DNA of 63,722 nt, counting the filler, from Globobulimina sp. (Eukaryota): the NCBI GenBank assembly GCA_003354225.1. It is 47 parts of 47 records of this genome, joined end to end, with 100 filler letters (N's around TTAATTAATTAA, not from the genome) between each part and the next. Parts side by side here need not be neighbours in the genome. Positions count along the whole stretch, not along the records: positions 48,898 to 50,154 come from PIVH01019973.1; positions 50,255 to 51,511 come from PIVH01019974.1; positions 51,612 to 52,868 come from PIVH01019975.1; positions 52,969 to 54,225 come from PIVH01019976.1; positions 54,326 to 55,582 come from PIVH01019977.1; positions 55,683 to 56,939 come from PIVH01019978.1; positions 57,040 to 58,296 come from PIVH01019979.1; positions 58,397 to 59,653 come from PIVH01019980.1; 39 more parts are not named here. The stretch is one strand, 5' to 3'. The notes under the pieces are model-generated. The model was given only the letters and a program-made list of their open reading frames with translations. It searched no databases and had not been told where the DNA came from. Of the stretch, positions 49,394 through 60,402 are shown one piece after another. Within the stretch, counting starts at the first letter, position 1. Each line of letters begins with the position of its first letter. Both the position numbers and the translations under genes were made by a program.

Positions 49394-50054
49394 GAATGCG
49401 TGATACAGATTGGCTGTGTTTTGTTGTGAGTGATCTATGATGAATGCGTGTTGTATGGGTTCGGCCGGGCACAATGTGAGAGATCTATGAATGCATGATA
49501 CAGTTTAAAAGGGTTTGTATCACTTTTTTGTCTTTTTAAGATATAAAGGGATGTACTGCCATACCGGTGGAACATCACTTTCTTCTGCGGCACTGCCACC
49601 ACTTTCTTCTGCGACACTGCCACCACCTCGACCTCGACCACGGCCTCGTCCTCGACCACGCCCTCGACCTCGACCACGCCCTCGACCGCGTCCACGACGT
49701 CTTCCGCGTCCACGAGCTCCACCAACGCCATCATCGTTTATCTGTATCTATGTTTTGTTTATGTTTTGTTTGATGACTAATATGAATATTACAAAATTCA
49801 AGATAAAATAATACCTGTTCTGCGGCTTCATTTCTCAATCTGCGGCTTCTGCGAACCATTGTTAAAAAATGTTGTTTGAAAGTTTTTACTGTTTTTAACA
49901 TTTATGAGCTCCAGACTGGCAAGCTGTATCATGCCGTCTGGAGCACTCACAACAAAACACGCCAATCTGTATCACGCATTCATAGATCACTCACAACAAA
50001 ACACAGCCAAACCCATACAACACGCACTCATCATAGACCTCTCACATTGTGCCC

Positions 50055-50154
50055 CGCAAAGCAACATGACATCCTACGCAAAGCAACAATGACATCCATG
50101 ATCCTACGCAAAGCAACATGACATCCTACGCAAAGCAACAATGACATCCATGAT
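50055..50154 (+). repeat. Minisatellite with alternating 22- and 30-bp units (52-bp higher-order repeat)
   Basis: CGCAAAGCAACATGACATCCTA alternates with CGCAAAGCAACAATGACATCCATGATCCTA. Confidence 0.9.
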
Positions 50155-50274
50155 NNNNNNNNNNNNNNNNNNNNNNNNNNNNNNNNNNNNNNNNNNNNTT
50201 AATTAATTAANNNNNNNNNNNNNNNNNNNNNNNNNNNNNNNNNNNNNNNNNNNNAGCTAGTATTTTAATTTGCA

Positions 50275-51174
50275 ATGGCACAACAAAATACTGACCAGCG
50301 TAATAAAAGGAAATGCATTCTATTGCTTGGTGGTTCATTTTCACCAATTCATAATGGACACATTGCAATATTAGTTAAAATAAAAGATTTTTTAGAATCT
50401 AATCATAATTATCATGTAATATCTGCTTTTTTGGTACTATCATCTGATAGATATGTTGCTGGTAAATTGAATGTCCATGGAATGGGATATGTGCAAAGGA
50501 AACAAATATGTGATATTGCAGTGTCAAACTATAAATGGATACATTCATCGCATATTGCAACAGCCAGTGCCGATTATTATGGTGAAATAATAACTCGGTC
50601 GAGAGAATATAAGAAATTTTTCAATAAAAGGAATTCGAATGAATTAGATGATACTAAACAAGAATTACGATCATTGGTTCGGATTGTTTGTATGGGCGGG
50701 GATAAACTCTATGATAACGTCCAAATGATGCAATGGTTGGCTAAATGTACTGACCGGAACGGCAAATATTGTTGTATTGGAAGACAAGGACAAGGATATA
50801 CCCACTATTTGCTTGAAAAATATAATGAATACATTAAAGATGGCAGTATTAAAAAGGATACATTTTATTTTATTGGAGAGAATGGAACATCAAAAGATAT
50901 GAGCTCTACAATAATAAGAGAATATTTATTGACAATACTTTTGCATCCACCAAATCAAATTAATGAAGAAAAAAAGGAAGAAAATAATGAACAAACAAAT
51001 ATAATTTCAACAGCGGACATTGACGGAATTCGAAAGAAAATGGAAGAGTCATTGGATGATGCTGTCATAAAATATATGCTGGATAATATTCAAAGTTTGT
51101 TTTTTACAGATGATGAAATTAAACAGTGTTTGTTAAAGAGAGGGAAAGTTGTAGCCAAGAAGGCAAATAAATGA
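50275..51174 (+). CDS. NMNAT-like / cytidylyltransferase-family nucleotidyltransferase
   Basis: LLLGGSFSPIHNGH (HxGH), CMGGD and MSSTIIR motifs. Confidence 0.85.
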   Translation: MAQQNTDQRNKRKCILLLGGSFSPIHNGHIAILVKIKDFLESNHNYHVISAFLVLSSDRYVAGKLNVHGMGYVQRKQICDIAVSNYKWIHSSHIATASADYYGEIITRSREYKKFFNKRNSNELDDTKQELRSLVRIVCMGGDKLYDNVQMMQWLAKCTDRNGKYCCIGRQGQGYTHYLLEKYNEYIKDGSIKKDTFYFIGENGTSKDMSSTIIREYLLTILLHPPNQINEEKKEENNEQTNIISTADIDGIRKKMEESLDDAVIKYMLDNIQSLFFTDDEIKQCLLKRGKVVAKKANK

Positions 51175-51202
51175 ACGTGCATCGATATCCTAAAACTGTG
51201 CG

Positions 51203-51511
51203 ATGTACTCTTCTTCTTTTGCTGACCAAAAAGAAAAAGTGTCGAAGTCAACTAATGATCTGAAGCCCGGCGATACAAATCGTACAAAAGGCTATTGGGA
51301 ACGCTATCGTGATCATTTGGAGAAGTATGCAATCAAGCTCGATCCCGCAGTGATTGCCGGGTTGATCGGTGGAGGTCTGATGCCGAAATCTTGGGCACCA
51401 GCTACTGGTGGGCGAGGCCCTCTTCTTGGTTCAGACAATTCATTGACAAGTGTTCTTCGAGGCATTGGTGTGCCGGGTGCTGGCGCAGCTGTCGTGAGGG
51501 GAGGCGCCGCA
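51203..51511 (+). CDS. GC-richer Gly-rich ORF fragment, probably bacterial (possible RHS/polymorphic toxin tip)
   Basis: Abrupt compositional shift; YWERY...PKSWAPATGGRGPLLGS recalls RHS C-termini (recollection, unverified). Confidence 0.35.
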
Positions 51512-51611
51512 NNNNNNNNNNNNNNNNNNNNNNNNNNNNNNNNNNNNNNNNNNNNTTAATTAATTAANNNNNNNNNNNNNNNNNNNNNNNNNNNNNNNNN
51601 NNNNNNNNNNN

Positions 51612-52847
51612 GGCAGTGTGAAAGGAACAATTTTAAACCAGTTCTCTTTGGGTGAGTATGAGGATGTTCTGAGGGTTGCAACCACACCAGGAAGCGGAGG
51701 GCAGACATGGAAAAACCATGTATTTTGTTTAGAGATGCGGGAAACTGGTCTGGAAGTCATCGGCAGGATTGAAGATATAGCACCTGGCGAAAAAATCTAT
51801 TCAGCCCGTTTTATCGGTACGCGAGGTTTTCTTGTTACCTTTGTACAGGTTGATCCGTTATTCACAATTGATCTGTCAGATCCTGCGTCCCCAGCAATAA
51901 TTGGGGAATTGAAAGTGCCGGGCTATTCGGATTACATTCATCCTCTCGGTGAAAACCATCTCCTTACAATCGGCAAAGACGCAGATGAACGGACCGGCGC
52001 ATATCAGGGGATGCAGCTTTCAATCTTTGATATTACTGATTTCGCAAATCCTATACTCTTGCATAAAGAACTCATCGGTGACCGGGGGACTGGGTCTGAA
52101 GCACTTTATAATCACAAGGCATTTTCATTCTGGGCTGAGAATGACCTTCTGGCTATACCGGTCAATTTATTTGAACATCAAGATAAATATTCCTCGGTGT
52201 GGGATTCAGGAAGTCATACATTTACAGGACTTTATGTTTATAAAGTTACAGTAGAAAATGGATTTAAGTTTCTCGGACGTATCAGCACCGGCCCTGCTAA
52301 CGGTTATACATACTACTACAGTAATGAGTGGACCCGTGGCATTTTTATTGACGACAATGTATATGCAGTTCAGAAAAATTGGATTAACTTTGCCGATGTT
52401 TGGAATATTGCAGATACCGTTGATTATGTCTATTTAGGAGATTTCGATTTTCCGTTTTATGATGAATCAGCAACAGAACCGGCGCCGTACGGTACGGAAA
52501 GGTGGAAAATTGTTGCATCGGCAACTGAGGAATATGGATCGTGGACTGCCGTTAAGAACGCTGATGGTTCTGTTTCAGTATCTGGAGAACTGGTTACTTC
52601 AGGTTTCGTAATGTTACCTTTTGAAAATGTACCGGCATCAGCCACAAATGGGGCAATGTCATTTAATGCTGAAGGGATAGGGAGTATTGATTTTGTGTCC
52701 TTCTCTCCACAGTATAGTCTAATCATCAGTCTAACACAGAACAAATGCGTGTATGAAATAAACATTGGATTGTTCGGAAGTTCCGCAAGTTATTCAGGAA
52801 TCGCAGCAGCAAGACGTGTTAGTGGAAGCGGGGTGACAACTGATTAA
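51612..52847 (+). CDS. Bacterial secreted beta-propeller domain protein, C-terminal part
   Basis: NQFSLGEY..LRVATT, IAPGEKIYSARF, LVTFVQVDPLFTIDLSDP, GELKVPGYSDYIHP, SEALYNHKAF. Confidence 0.9.
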   Translation, partial: GSVKGTILNQFSLGEYEDVLRVATTPGSGGQTWKNHVFCLEMRETGLEVIGRIEDIAPGEKIYSARFIGTRGFLVTFVQVDPLFTIDLSDPASPAIIGELKVPGYSDYIHPLGENHLLTIGKDADERTGAYQGMQLSIFDITDFANPILLHKELIGDRGTGSEALYNHKAFSFWAENDLLAIPVNLFEHQDKYSSVWDSGSHTFTGLYVYKVTVENGFKFLGRISTGPANGYTYYYSNEWTRGIFIDDNVYAVQKNWINFADVWNIADTVDYVYLGDFDFPFYDESATEPAPYGTERWKIVASATEEYGSWTAVKNADGSVSVSGELVTSGFVMLPFENVPASATNGAMSFNAEGIGSIDFVSFSPQYSLIISLTQNKCVYEINIGLFGSSASYSGIAAARRVSGSGVTTD

Positions 52848-53157
52848 ATCATTTTTTATAGATATGGANNNNNNNNNNNNNNNNNNNNNNNNNNNNNNNN
52901 NNNNNNNNNNNNTTAATTAATTAANNNNNNNNNNNNNNNNNNNNNNNNNNNNNNNNNNNNNNNNNNNNACGAACATATATATAAAAAAAAAGAAACCATA
53001 CAAAAACCAATTTTATCAAATAAACACAAAATAAATATTACAAAAAAATAATTTTAATGTTGACGCAACAAAATAAATAATGAAATTTAGGATACTTTTA
53101 CCCATAAAATTTTTAATGAAAAATATAATGATCGAAAAAATTGTTGCACGAATTTTC

Positions 53158-53995
53158 TCATTTATTTACTGAACCAGTTGTTTTTGTGCGCTTTGATTGT
53201 ATGACTGCGCCGTGAATACTTTTAATATGAGAGTTATATGCACTTTTCTGCCGATATGACTTGTTACAAATACAACATTTAAATGGCCTCTCGCCAGTAT
53301 GGATTCTCATATGAACATTTAAATTATGCCCAACTGTAAACCTTTTGCCACAGACCTTACATAAATATGGTTTCTCCCCGGTATGAGTTCGCAAATGGTC
53401 TTTCCAACTAAATGTTTTTCAAAATCATACAAAAAAAGTAAACAATTAAACTACAAACAACCATATTTTTTTTGAGCATCAGACTGTTTTTCCGTACTAA
53501 AATAACTCAAATTTGAAAAACTCAGAAATTTCGAACTTATGCATTTACAACAAGTACGAAACAGATTTGAAATTTCCGAAAAACCAGGATGTTGTTCCCG
53601 TTTTTTGTGCAAAAACAGTGACAAAATCGGCGTAAAATATATACACAAACATACGCGTGATGTTGCTTAAATCTTTTCGCACAAAACGTGCAAGCATACG
53701 GCGCCTCGCCTGTATGGATACGAACATGTTCCTTGTAATTGGACATTCGCCCAAACCGCTTGTTGCAATACGCACAGACCAATGCATCATCGGTATGTAT
53801 TTTTTGATGGGATCGAAAATTACATAAATATTTATATCCCTTACCACACACTGTACAGACATGCGGTTTTTCTTTGGATGAAATATGTCGGCCACGTTTC
53901 ATTGTGTGCTGGGTTATGGTTTTAGTGCCTTTTGCATTTTTGTTTTCATCTTTTGGAGCTTGTTTGGTGTCATTGCTTTTAGTATTTGCCACCAT
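53158..53995 (-). CDS. C2H2 zinc-finger protein (5 fingers), intron 53408-53654
   Basis: Tandem fingers with HTGE linkers; the intron joins FKQHHA to [13 protein letters not shown]. Confidence 0.92.
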
Positions 53996-54325
53996 TTGCT
54001 TTTGAAATGCACCGATAATGTCTCCATTTGAGTTATATACAAATTGGTTCGTTTGGTTGTTGTTGTTGTTGTTTGTTTGAATTGTTTCTGTTTTTTGTCT
54101 GAAATGTTATGGTATGTACGGTCATATGAAATAGGGTACAGATCATCAGAATGTATATAGAAAAAGATAGCGACGACTTAACTGACTATTTATATAATTG
54201 TTATAACAATTATTGTTATTCATATNNNNNNNNNNNNNNNNNNNNNNNNNNNNNNNNNNNNNNNNNNNNTTAATTAATTAANNNNNNNNNNNNNNNNNNN
54301 NNNNNNNNNNNNNNNNNNNNNNNNN

Positions 54326-55444
54326 GATCGGTATGAATTTAGCGTTGTTACCCAATATATGATGGGTGGAGTGGTGTTATTTTTACATCATACATTGCCA
54401 GCTGTCATTAAATTTAATTATGGGCAGTGGGAAATATGGACCATAAAACCATATAAATTGTCAGTATCTTTTCCATGTTACACTGGCTCAAAGTATCCCA
54501 GTGGACATTATAAAAGATTTTCAACCATCGATCAATACAATGGTTACTGGCAACATTCATTGACTGATAAACATAATAAACCAAATGGATTTCATTGGAT
54601 TTTTATCAAAATACAAAGTTCTGTATATGTTTATATGTATAAATTAGATTTACTGCATCGCAAAGAAAATGGATATATTAACTATGGCTCAATCCGTTTA
54701 GGTGGCTATGTTTGTGACGCGAGCGCTTATTCGGAGGATGGAAGAAATAAAATTGTATGTTTAGTCCGGCGATATGCAAACGAGAAACAAGGCGTAGCCG
54801 AAGGATATCAAGTGTCTGTGGTTGAAAATGATGATAAATTATGCAGTAATTCAAAATTAATATGGAGTGTTGACAAAGATCAAATCCCTCAACAATGTGG
54901 TCGTGAATGTATATCACCGAAAGGACGTTATGTTGCCATCGCAGGAAGGACCAAAGCAAGGGAAAAATCAAACTTTAATTCGATTCTTATTTATGATATT
55001 TATAAGAATGAAATTATGGCTCAAATGGATTTGAATGCATATGTTGCATATTGCAGAATGGATTATGTATATAATACTAATAATTGTCCGTGTTTATTAG
55101 TTAATTCTGTAGCAAATTTTTATTGGATTGTTATGGATACAAAATTGTATGAAAATGTATTGTTGGAGTTTTTTCATGGAATTGCGGAAATTGTAGATAT
55201 TGTGTTGTTGTATATTGAATGTTCAGTGATTGAAGTTAAAAATGATTTTTCCAATGGTTTCAAGCATGATAAATATGATAAAGTGGTGTTTTGGAATGAT
55301 AGATTTGTTACCAATGTACGTAATAGTTATTCGATTAAATTTTTAAAATATATTAGAGCTTTTAGAAACATTTTGGATTTACAAAGAGGCATTTTTTATT
55401 TACAAAAAGAAAAAACAAAAAGCAAGCTTGAGTCATTTCGTTGA
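54326..55444 (+). CDS. Hypothetical protein (beta-rich, possibly propeller)
   Basis: 361-aa ORF; ISPKGRYVAIAG...ILIYDI is WD-like. Confidence 0.55.
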   Translation, partial: DRYEFSVVTQYMMGGVVLFLHHTLPAVIKFNYGQWEIWTIKPYKLSVSFPCYTGSKYPSGHYKRFSTIDQYNGYWQHSLTDKHNKPNGFHWIFIKIQSSVYVYMYKLDLLHRKENGYINYGSIRLGGYVCDASAYSEDGRNKIVCLVRRYANEKQGVAEGYQVSVVENDDKLCSNSKLIWSVDKDQIPQQCGRECISPKGRYVAIAGRTKAREKSNFNSILIYDIYKNEIMAQMDLNAYVAYCRMDYVYNTNNCPCLLVNSVANFYWIVMDTKLYENVLLEFFHGIAEIVDIVLLYIECSVIEVKNDFSNGFKHDKYDKVVFWNDRFVTNVRNSYSIKFLKYIRAFRNILDLQRGIFYLQKEKTKSKLESFR

Positions 55445-55908
55445 GGCAGTACCGCTAACCAATGCTATTCTTTTTTTTGTACCAATTGGTATCTCCTCTG
55501 GTCAGACATCGTTCGTACAAACCAGATTCATTGAATGTTTCCCCTTCCTTCTTCCTAAACATATGAAGATATACAACACAAANNNNNNNNNNNNNNNNNN
55601 NNNNNNNNNNNNNNNNNNNNNNNNNNTTAATTAATTAANNNNNNNNNNNNNNNNNNNNNNNNNNNNNNNNNNNNNNNNNNNNAATGAAGAAAGCAATGAA
55701 TCATCTGATTGATTAATTGAACAACTCAGATTCTCATAGATTGTTTATTCAATATTTTTATCTTCCAAAAAAAAAACACAGTCAAAATTAAATTTAAGAA
55801 TAAACATCGCTTAATTTTTCCAACAATATTTGCATTTCACTTACGATTGTTATTAGATTTAACAACCTAAAAAAAAACAAAACAAACAAACAAACAAAAA
55901 AAAGAAAT

Positions 55909-56939
55909 TTAAACCATATTAGTAGATAATAGGATATTATTTAATTTCAATACATTATGCGTCGGACCATTATGATCCATACATAATGAATGTAATATAT
56001 TTGTTTTGGTATTAATTAATTTTGATTTTAGTAAATTGACAATATTTATATTCTTCATACAAAAATATTTCTTTTCTTTCATCAAATCGATACAACAAAC
56101 TTGTTGCCTCTCAGAATAAAATATAAATAAAATATGCTCAAATCCTAGAATCGCATTATATTTATTGGCATTTATATCTTTCTCGAATGCCAATTTTATA
56201 TTAAATTTGTACCATTTGTATTGATGGAATGTCTCATTATGAACACAGTAAAAAATATTATCCCGACACTGCTCCCCACCAAAAATATAAATTCGTTTCT
56301 GTTTCTTCACATAAAACATATATTTTATATGCTGGATATTCTCGTTTTGAATGCTCGCCAACTCAATAAATCGGTGTTTGCGTCGATTGTATCTCAAAAA
56401 CCTGCCACAAGAATAAATGTGCAAATTGCATTCAATCACAATACATTTCACATTCTCCATATTCAACGCAAACGGTATTTTATATTTGCTTAAATCCCGG
56501 CGAATGTCCCATATTTTGGCTTTTAAATTCAATATCAACCATTGTCCAAACAATCCCTTCCCACCAAACAAATGCAACTTATGCTGCGTAGAATCGATGG
56601 CCATTCCCATGGAATTCGCATATACTTTGTCGGGGAATGAACACAAATATTCCAACTGTGGCTGCGTGGACAGTGCTGGCGATATCATATACAAATAAAC
56701 GCCCGATTTATAATTGCTATTAAACATATGATGGCCGGTACAGCAGACTGCAAATTCAATATTGCGGTTCAAATCATTCCAATACAATAAATGCTTGGCT
56801 GTGGCGGGTAATAATGGTGGATCCGACATAGATATTAACGTTTCTTCTTGTTTTTTATCGCTATGATTCTGATTCGGATTGTCCTCAATCACTGCACTTA
56901 CTTCGCTTAATGTGGACTCTATAGATTCGCGAATCTCAT
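55909..56939 (-). CDS. Kelch-like beta-propeller protein
   Basis: LHLFGG and IYIFGG...IFYC...W.K motifs. Confidence 0.65.
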
Positions 56940-57322
56940 NNNNNNNNNNNNNNNNNNNNNNNNNNNNNNNNNNNNNNNNNNNNTTAATTAATTAANNNNN
57001 NNNNNNNNNNNNNNNNNNNNNNNNNNNNNNNNNNNNNNNTACTACTCAACTTATTTAAGTGTTAATTAAATCAAAAAACTTCTTTTCTCCTTGTGCTTAG
57101 AGTCTCAATTTAAGAGACGAGGTACCACACTAAATATATATATTCATTTTAGATTAATTGAATTGTGCTTCAACGAGTCTCCTAAATACTTAATTGTATT
57201 TCCCTCAAAAATTTAGATTTACTGTCTCTATCATTCTGATAATCAGTTTTATCACTCACCGTTGTACTTTTGCACAACATCAAAATATACGTCTATTTTA
57301 TTAGCGTTACCCGAAATATACG

Positions 57323-57817
57323 ATGTCTGGCAATGGCAATTCACCATTGAATTATCAGCGACTTTCCCAAAATTATCCACATAATAATAACAAAAACAAA
57401 AATAATAATTCAAGAAAGAGAAAATATAAATCGCCACCATCAAAAAGGTTGAAATATAACGACGACTTTAATCGATTATTTATTGATAATAACAATTATA
57501 AACCGTCGAATATCGCTGAATTAACAGATATTTTAACTAAATCATCGACTAAATTACATCGCCTATTTATTACATCATTGAATGTGATCAAAAAATTGAA
57601 TGAAAAAATAATTAAAATCAGAATTCAAGTCAAAAAACGTGATTTTGAAATGCAACTCCTTCAAAATGTCGATAATTATGATAATTGTGCTTTGAATATC
57701 CATTGGTTTACTAAATCAATCAATAAATTGCAATTACACCATCCTATCGCGCAAGAAACATTTGATGGTAATCTACGTTTATTAGATATGATTACAGCAC
57801 AAATTACGTTCATATGA
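57323..57817 (+). CDS. Unknown 164-aa protein with basic NLS-like N-terminus (circle ORF1)
   Basis: ATG-initiated ORF; SRKRKYKSPPSKRLKY. Confidence 0.6.
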   Translation: MSGNGNSPLNYQRLSQNYPHNNNKNKNNNSRKRKYKSPPSKRLKYNDDFNRLFIDNNNYKPSNIAELTDILTKSSTKLHRLFITSLNVIKKLNEKIIKIRIQVKKRDFEMQLLQNVDNYDNCALNIHWFTKSINKLQLHHPIAQETFDGNLRLLDMITAQITFI

Positions 57818-57893
57818 AAGCTCCTACAAATTATTAGACGGCGAGAATTTTGTTACAATCTCAAACGAAGAATGGGAGGTTTCCAGGTGCCTT

Positions 57894-58196
57894 ATGTTAA
57901 ATGTTTATGATTTTTACATTGAATTTTCAAGCAAATATAATGAAATATGGCAATTAAAAAATGAACCGGGATATTGGTCATTTACTAATGGTTTATATGA
58001 CATTATTAATAACAAAACGTATCCAAAGATTGCAGTCATTGGAGCATTACACAAAATTCATAAAGGAATGCCTTTTTCGTGGCGTCCAGTACTTTGTTTA
58101 GGTGGTCATCCAACAAATTTCTTCCAATCTGTACTCAACAAAAAGTTAAAAGGCTATCTTGCATTATTTCTTCCAATTACTACTCAACTTATTTAA
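57894..58196 (+). CDS. Unknown protein (circle ORF2; frame open from about 57792)
   Basis: 100 aa from ATG; the stop lies within the terminal repeat. Confidence 0.55.
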   Translation: MLNVYDFYIEFSSKYNEIWQLKNEPGYWSFTNGLYDIINNKTYPKIAVIGALHKIHKGMPFSWRPVLCLGGHPTNFFQSVLNKKLKGYLALFLPITTQLI

Positions 58197-58525
58197 GTGT
58201 TAATTAAATCAAAAAACTTCTTTTCTCCTTGTGCTTAGAGTCTCAATTTAAGAGACGAGGTACCACACTAAATATATATATTCATTTTAGATTAATNNNN
58301 NNNNNNNNNNNNNNNNNNNNNNNNNNNNNNNNNNNNNNNNTTAATTAATTAANNNNNNNNNNNNNNNNNNNNNNNNNNNNNNNNNNNNNNNNNNNNAGTG
58401 GATGATCGGATTTCAACTTCACCCCTTACAGTTTCCATTTGATGATTTTTTGGAGAAACGGTTTTCAGTTTTTGAGTTTTCAGTTTTTTAGTTTTCCAGT
58501 TATTTTAGTACGTTATATTGCAATC

Positions 58526-59653
58526 ATGCCCATAAGAAAAGAGGAGGATGAACTTGAAGATAGGTATATGTTTGATGGTGATTCAAGTGATGAAGAAGAA
58601 TCTGGAGATAATTCTGATTCGGAAGAGAGCGGATCAGACAGCTCTGATAGTGAAGAAAGTGGCAGTGGCAGTGGCAGTGATAGTGATAGTGATAGTGATA
58701 GTGACAGTGACAGTGACGATGACGATGACGATAGGTTTCTCTATAAATCTCCATTCAATTTCTTCACTTTTACGCAATTCTTACCAGTGATTCCGATGAT
58801 GACAGTGGATCTGGATCCGGATCTGGGTCAGATAGTGATGACTCTGATAAAAATAAAAAGGAAAAAAATGATAAATCCGATGATCAAAAATCAGAAGAAA
58901 GTGAATCACCACCAAATACAATCTATAAATTGCGTCAAATATCGAGCAAATTATCAGTGCTCTTAGATGATATCCACAAAACATTCAAACCGAAATCTGT
59001 TCCACAAATTGACCCAAAAAAAGTATTCCCATATCCATACGAACCAATACCGCAATACTCGCCACATTCTAAGCATTATAAATATAAATCTAACCATGAT
59101 GTTGTAATCCACAGCAGCCACCACCTCAAATCACCGATAAGTTCTCCAATACGCCATGGAAATAACATTGATCGCGGAACTGGAGGGAATTACATATTTC
59201 CTTCGTATGCTGCACCGCCATCAACAAATAGTATTAATTTTTTTCCGATGTAAATATGTATACACAATGTAAACATTTGTATTTTTGTAGAAATCGCAAT
59301 AAAATTGTATCAGAATTACAGCGACACTGAGAAGGTAAAAATCGCAGACAATCAAAAAAGAGAACGTCTGAGAAAGTTTTTATTTTCACGGAAATCACCA
59401 AACGACGAATCTAGTAAAAGCGACAGCAATTTATGGGAATACAGTGATTTTGCTGACGAATTTATTGCAGCTTCGAGGAATCAACAAAACCAAAAAATAG
59501 GTATTTCTTCAAGATTTAAATTATTTGCCAAAAAGAGAGAGAGAGAGAAAGAGAACAAAGAGAATATTGACGAAGCAACAATGCCGCATACATTTGATGA
59601 ATTATATAAAAATTATGATCGCCAAAAAGCATTAATTCAACAAAAACAACAAA
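58526..59653 (+). CDS. Ser/Asp-rich hypothetical protein (spliced, partial)
   Basis: MPIRKEED start, SD repeats; GT-AG introns near 58734-58787 and 59250-59290. Confidence 0.6.
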
Positions 59654-59753
59654 NNNNNNNNNNNNNNNNNNNNNNNNNNNNNNNNNNNNNNNNNNNNTTA
59701 ATTAATTAANNNNNNNNNNNNNNNNNNNNNNNNNNNNNNNNNNNNNNNNNNNN

Positions 59754-59855
59754 TACCACTGGCCGAGGCCCGCATTTTTCTACACAATTCAACCCCGCTC
59801 ATTCCGGGCAGATTCCAATCCAAAACGATCAGCCGGGGTTTTTCCTTTTCAAAAC
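59754..59855 (-). other. Bacterial-type response-regulator receiver fragment, in frame with the ISG12-like ORF
   Basis: EKPRLIVLDWNLPGMSGVELCRKMR. Confidence 0.8.
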
Positions 59856-59859
59856 ACTG

Positions 59860-60324
59860 CGTTGGATTTAAATCAATAAAATCTCCACAAATAACCGCTG
59901 ATGCAACAAATGTAGTGATGGCCATTGAGCCAAACATTGAAACTCCTCCCATTGCTCCTAAACTTTGAAGAGTAGCAAATATTGTGCCCGCTCCAACATT
60001 GCCTAAGAAACTTTGTGTTACGGCTGCAAAACTACCAGCGGCTATTCCCGAACTAGTAAATCCAGTCAACCACAACAAGACATTTGTGCTGATAACAGTC
60101 ATTGATGATGCCCATACTGCACAGTATCCAGTGGAGTATATTTCATCTAAAGTTTGTTTCCACTCACCACCATCCATAGAATGCGTAAAGTTATTCTCGT
60201 GAGTTGTGTTAATACATTGCGGATAAATTGGATATTCATTTGTTTCTGATTTAAAAATCTCTCCTTCAGATGCGATCTGATGTAAAAGAAGAGCCAAACT
60301 ACTTACAATAGATACAGCTGACAT
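59860..60324 (-). CDS. IFI6/IFI27 (ISG12)-like membrane protein
   Basis: GFTSSGIAAGSFAAVTQS..GNVGAGTIFATLQSLGA is the ISG12 motif; signal-like N-terminus. Confidence 0.85.
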
Positions 60325-60402
60325 TTTAAAAAGTTTTCAGTTGATTTTCAGTAACTACTTAAAAAACTAAAGTCTGTCTGAATTCAAAGTCACCAGTGGA
60401 TA

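Larger units (their letters stand above)
57040..58296. mobile_element. Terminally redundant contig: 1138-bp circle or tandem-repeat unit
   Basis: 57040-57158 is identical to 58178-58296 (119 bp). Confidence 0.85.

Noticed and set aside
57040-58296. Obelisk or CRESS-DNA virus
   Set aside because: Size fits, but I saw no Oblin-like motif, no obvious genome-wide rod complementarity, no Rep motifs and no canonical nonanucleotide; not excluded without folding and profile searches.
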